The notes under the pieces: generated by a model
What the model saw: the letters and a program-made list of their open reading frames with translations, nothing else
Told to the model about the DNA's origin: nothing
Database searches by the model: none
From: Yuukianura sp. NJ FZ-2021
Lineage: Eukaryota
DNA: 64,000 bases
Assembly (NCBI GenBank): GCA_046563655.1
Contig: CM102286.1
Location: 434,001 to 498,000, forward strand
Direction: 5' to 3'
Position numbers and translations under genes: made by a program
Shown here: positions 62,017-64,000 of the stretch, piece by piece
How positions within the stretch are numbered: the first letter of the stretch is position 1
Layout: the number at the start of each line of letters is the position of its first letter

Positions 62017-64000
62017 ATGGATTCCATCCCAAATGAAGTAGGCTCAACTTACTTAATTTACAAATTCAATTTTCTTGATTTTCCCATAACCTTAATGCTA
62101 ATTAAGTAAAGGTTTTTGATCAAAAATATTTAATGTTTATATATTGCGCCTGTTTCAAGGAAACATTATTTTTTCCATGTACATTACCACAGCTTGTTTC
62201 AGATACTGCTTCCAATCATTGGTTCTTTGGGAGAGAAAGAAGTTCCCAAGATGCGTCTTGTTAGTAGCCGCTTCAACCTACTAGCAACGGAATGTGTACA
62301 AAAATTGTACCGCGTCAAGTTCACAGAGGACTCTGACATTGCCAAATTTGTGACAATGTTTGAAAACAAAGCGGTTGTGCCGTTTGAACGGTTTGAGTTC
62401 ACTGAAACTCTTTTGGTGTATGGCCAGCCTTTGGAGCAGTTTTGTCTCCAGTTTGGGAAAATTGTTAAATACTGGGAAGTTCTTGGGTACAATTGTCCTG
62501 AATCGTTAGGAGGGAATTCCCTTTCAAAAAACACGCAAATTCTACTGGAAAACTGCGACAACGTAGAAGAAATCTCAATTAAGGCTTACAGAGATAAGGA
62601 ACTTGGGAAATTTACTAACATTCCTGTATTCCGAAATTTGAAGACCATTACAGTCTCGTGGTTCGACATGGAGAACAAAGAATTCCTTCCTCTTCTTCAT
62701 CAAATTGTTGAAAATGCTCCAAATCTGCAGTATGTTCCCATCGATCTTCTGTCAAACTGCATGGCCTCGTTTGACCTTGTCATTTTCCGAGACATTTTAA
62801 ATCAACTGCACAAAATGAACGGAATAGTCCACATCAAAGAGTTAATGCTCTTCACTACTCTTGACCTTCTGCTAACAAATATTGGTGACCTCCAAAAGTT
62901 GTTTACAATTTCAACAAAATTTAATATTGTTGAGTTGGACTTGCACATATTTGAAATGGGTCGCGACCCAGAACAATTACCTCAGCAAGTAGAACTTTTG
63001 TCAAGATGGATTCAACAGTTAACGACTGTTCGCACGTTTAATTTGACATACTCTGGCTCGCTGTATGACAATGCTCTTGACCTTCCTCAAGTGCCAATTG
63101 CTCTGCCAAACTATCTGCATGCCAATGTGGAATGTTTGTACCTAAAGGTTAAGAATTTAGCATTATACGTTCCTGTCCCAAGTCAACCAACGGAGTTTCC
63201 AGCTCTCACAGTGCTCGTCTGCAATCTACGCGTCACGAACAACTTCATTTTTTCTGGCTGCGTTTTTCCAAATGTAAAAATTGCACAAATCTATTTAAAT
63301 ACAGAAGAAGAGTGTGAGGAGTGGCCACGCATGTTGCCAAATGTAGAAGAATTGTTTGTGAGCTCTAAAACGCTGAAGGGGATTTTCCGATTTCCAAAGT
63401 TATGGAAACTGGACATCTCAATTGATTCTGGATCAAATCCTGATGATTATCGTCAGGTTCGTAAAGAACATTGGAAAAACCTTACGGGTAGAGCTATTTC
63501 AAACAGGAGAATTGGCTGTTTTCGTTTAAAATATCACGACATCTCGATGGAGACATTTCGGAATTTGCCGCGTGAGTGTCATAATGTTTTGTTATTGTTT
63601 TTTATTGATTTTATTATGTTTGTTATTAGTTTTGAATTTAATTTCGAGGATTTATTCGATAAACTTTGGTTTATTTTAGTACTGACGCATTTAAGGTTTA
63701 CCAACGAAACGGTTGAATGTTGGAAGGGAATTGTTTACGCAAGAAGAACTGGACAATTACGATGCCTTGAAAAACTTACTTTCAGTCAGGAGTTTATCAT
63801 TGTGAGTGTTGAATCACTTTTAATAAAATAGTTGCTAAACTATTACTAAAATATTAATCCTACCGTTGAAAGAATATTAAAATGTTGGAAATCAAATAAT
63901 AATTATGACGAATTGTGGTTAAAAACTGAATACATATTGAAATGTAAAGTTTCAATTTCAGGAGGAGCCATACCACACGGAATTGATGATGCTGCAACCC
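62017..64000 (+). CDS. F-box domain protein with probable degenerate LRR-like C-terminal region, 3'-incomplete
   Basis: Exons 62017-62037 (MDSIPNE), 62203-63571, 63680-63801, 63962->64000. The spliced N-terminus MDSIPNEILLPIIGSLGEKEVPKMRLVSSRFNLLA fits the F-box pattern (LPxEILxxIxxxL...VxxRW/F). Downstream FxNLKTITV, PNLQ, FPALTVL, PNVEEL, FPKLWKL repeats are LRR-like. Confidence 0.8.

Noticed and set aside
62194..63831. 545-aa ORF as a single-exon gene
   Set aside because: It starts at a TTG inside an intron and reads through introns at 63572-63679 and from 63802; the spliced model restores the F-box.

Overview
AT-rich, intron-rich eukaryotic DNA, almost certainly arthropod; a springtail-like hexapod is a guess from sequence style and gene content. 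Three spliced genes lie on the + strand. (1) A ~57 kb trachealess (trh/NPAS1-3-class bHLH-PAS) gene that I could splice in frame from ATG 266 to TAA 57271 (16 coding exons, ~970 aa). It has two distant symmetric microexons and a second, proximal coding first exon (43948-44048) that appears to use a GC donor (~939 aa isoform). (2) A 9-coding-exon GMC oxidoreductase (58727-61367, 637 aa) with a GGCSSHN histidine motif typical of covalent FAD attachment and a C-terminal HTEL. (3) An F-box gene (from 62017) that runs off the window. The large trh introns hold small TA-flanked MITEs, a tRNA-derived relic, hairpins, minisatellites and two strongly strand-biased recurring words (TGACCTTTGACC, TAGTTACTCCCTC). 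Most entries in the ORF track are spurious. I see no prokaryotic-type system; the most novel leads are regulatory, splicing and enzymological, and all are hypotheses.
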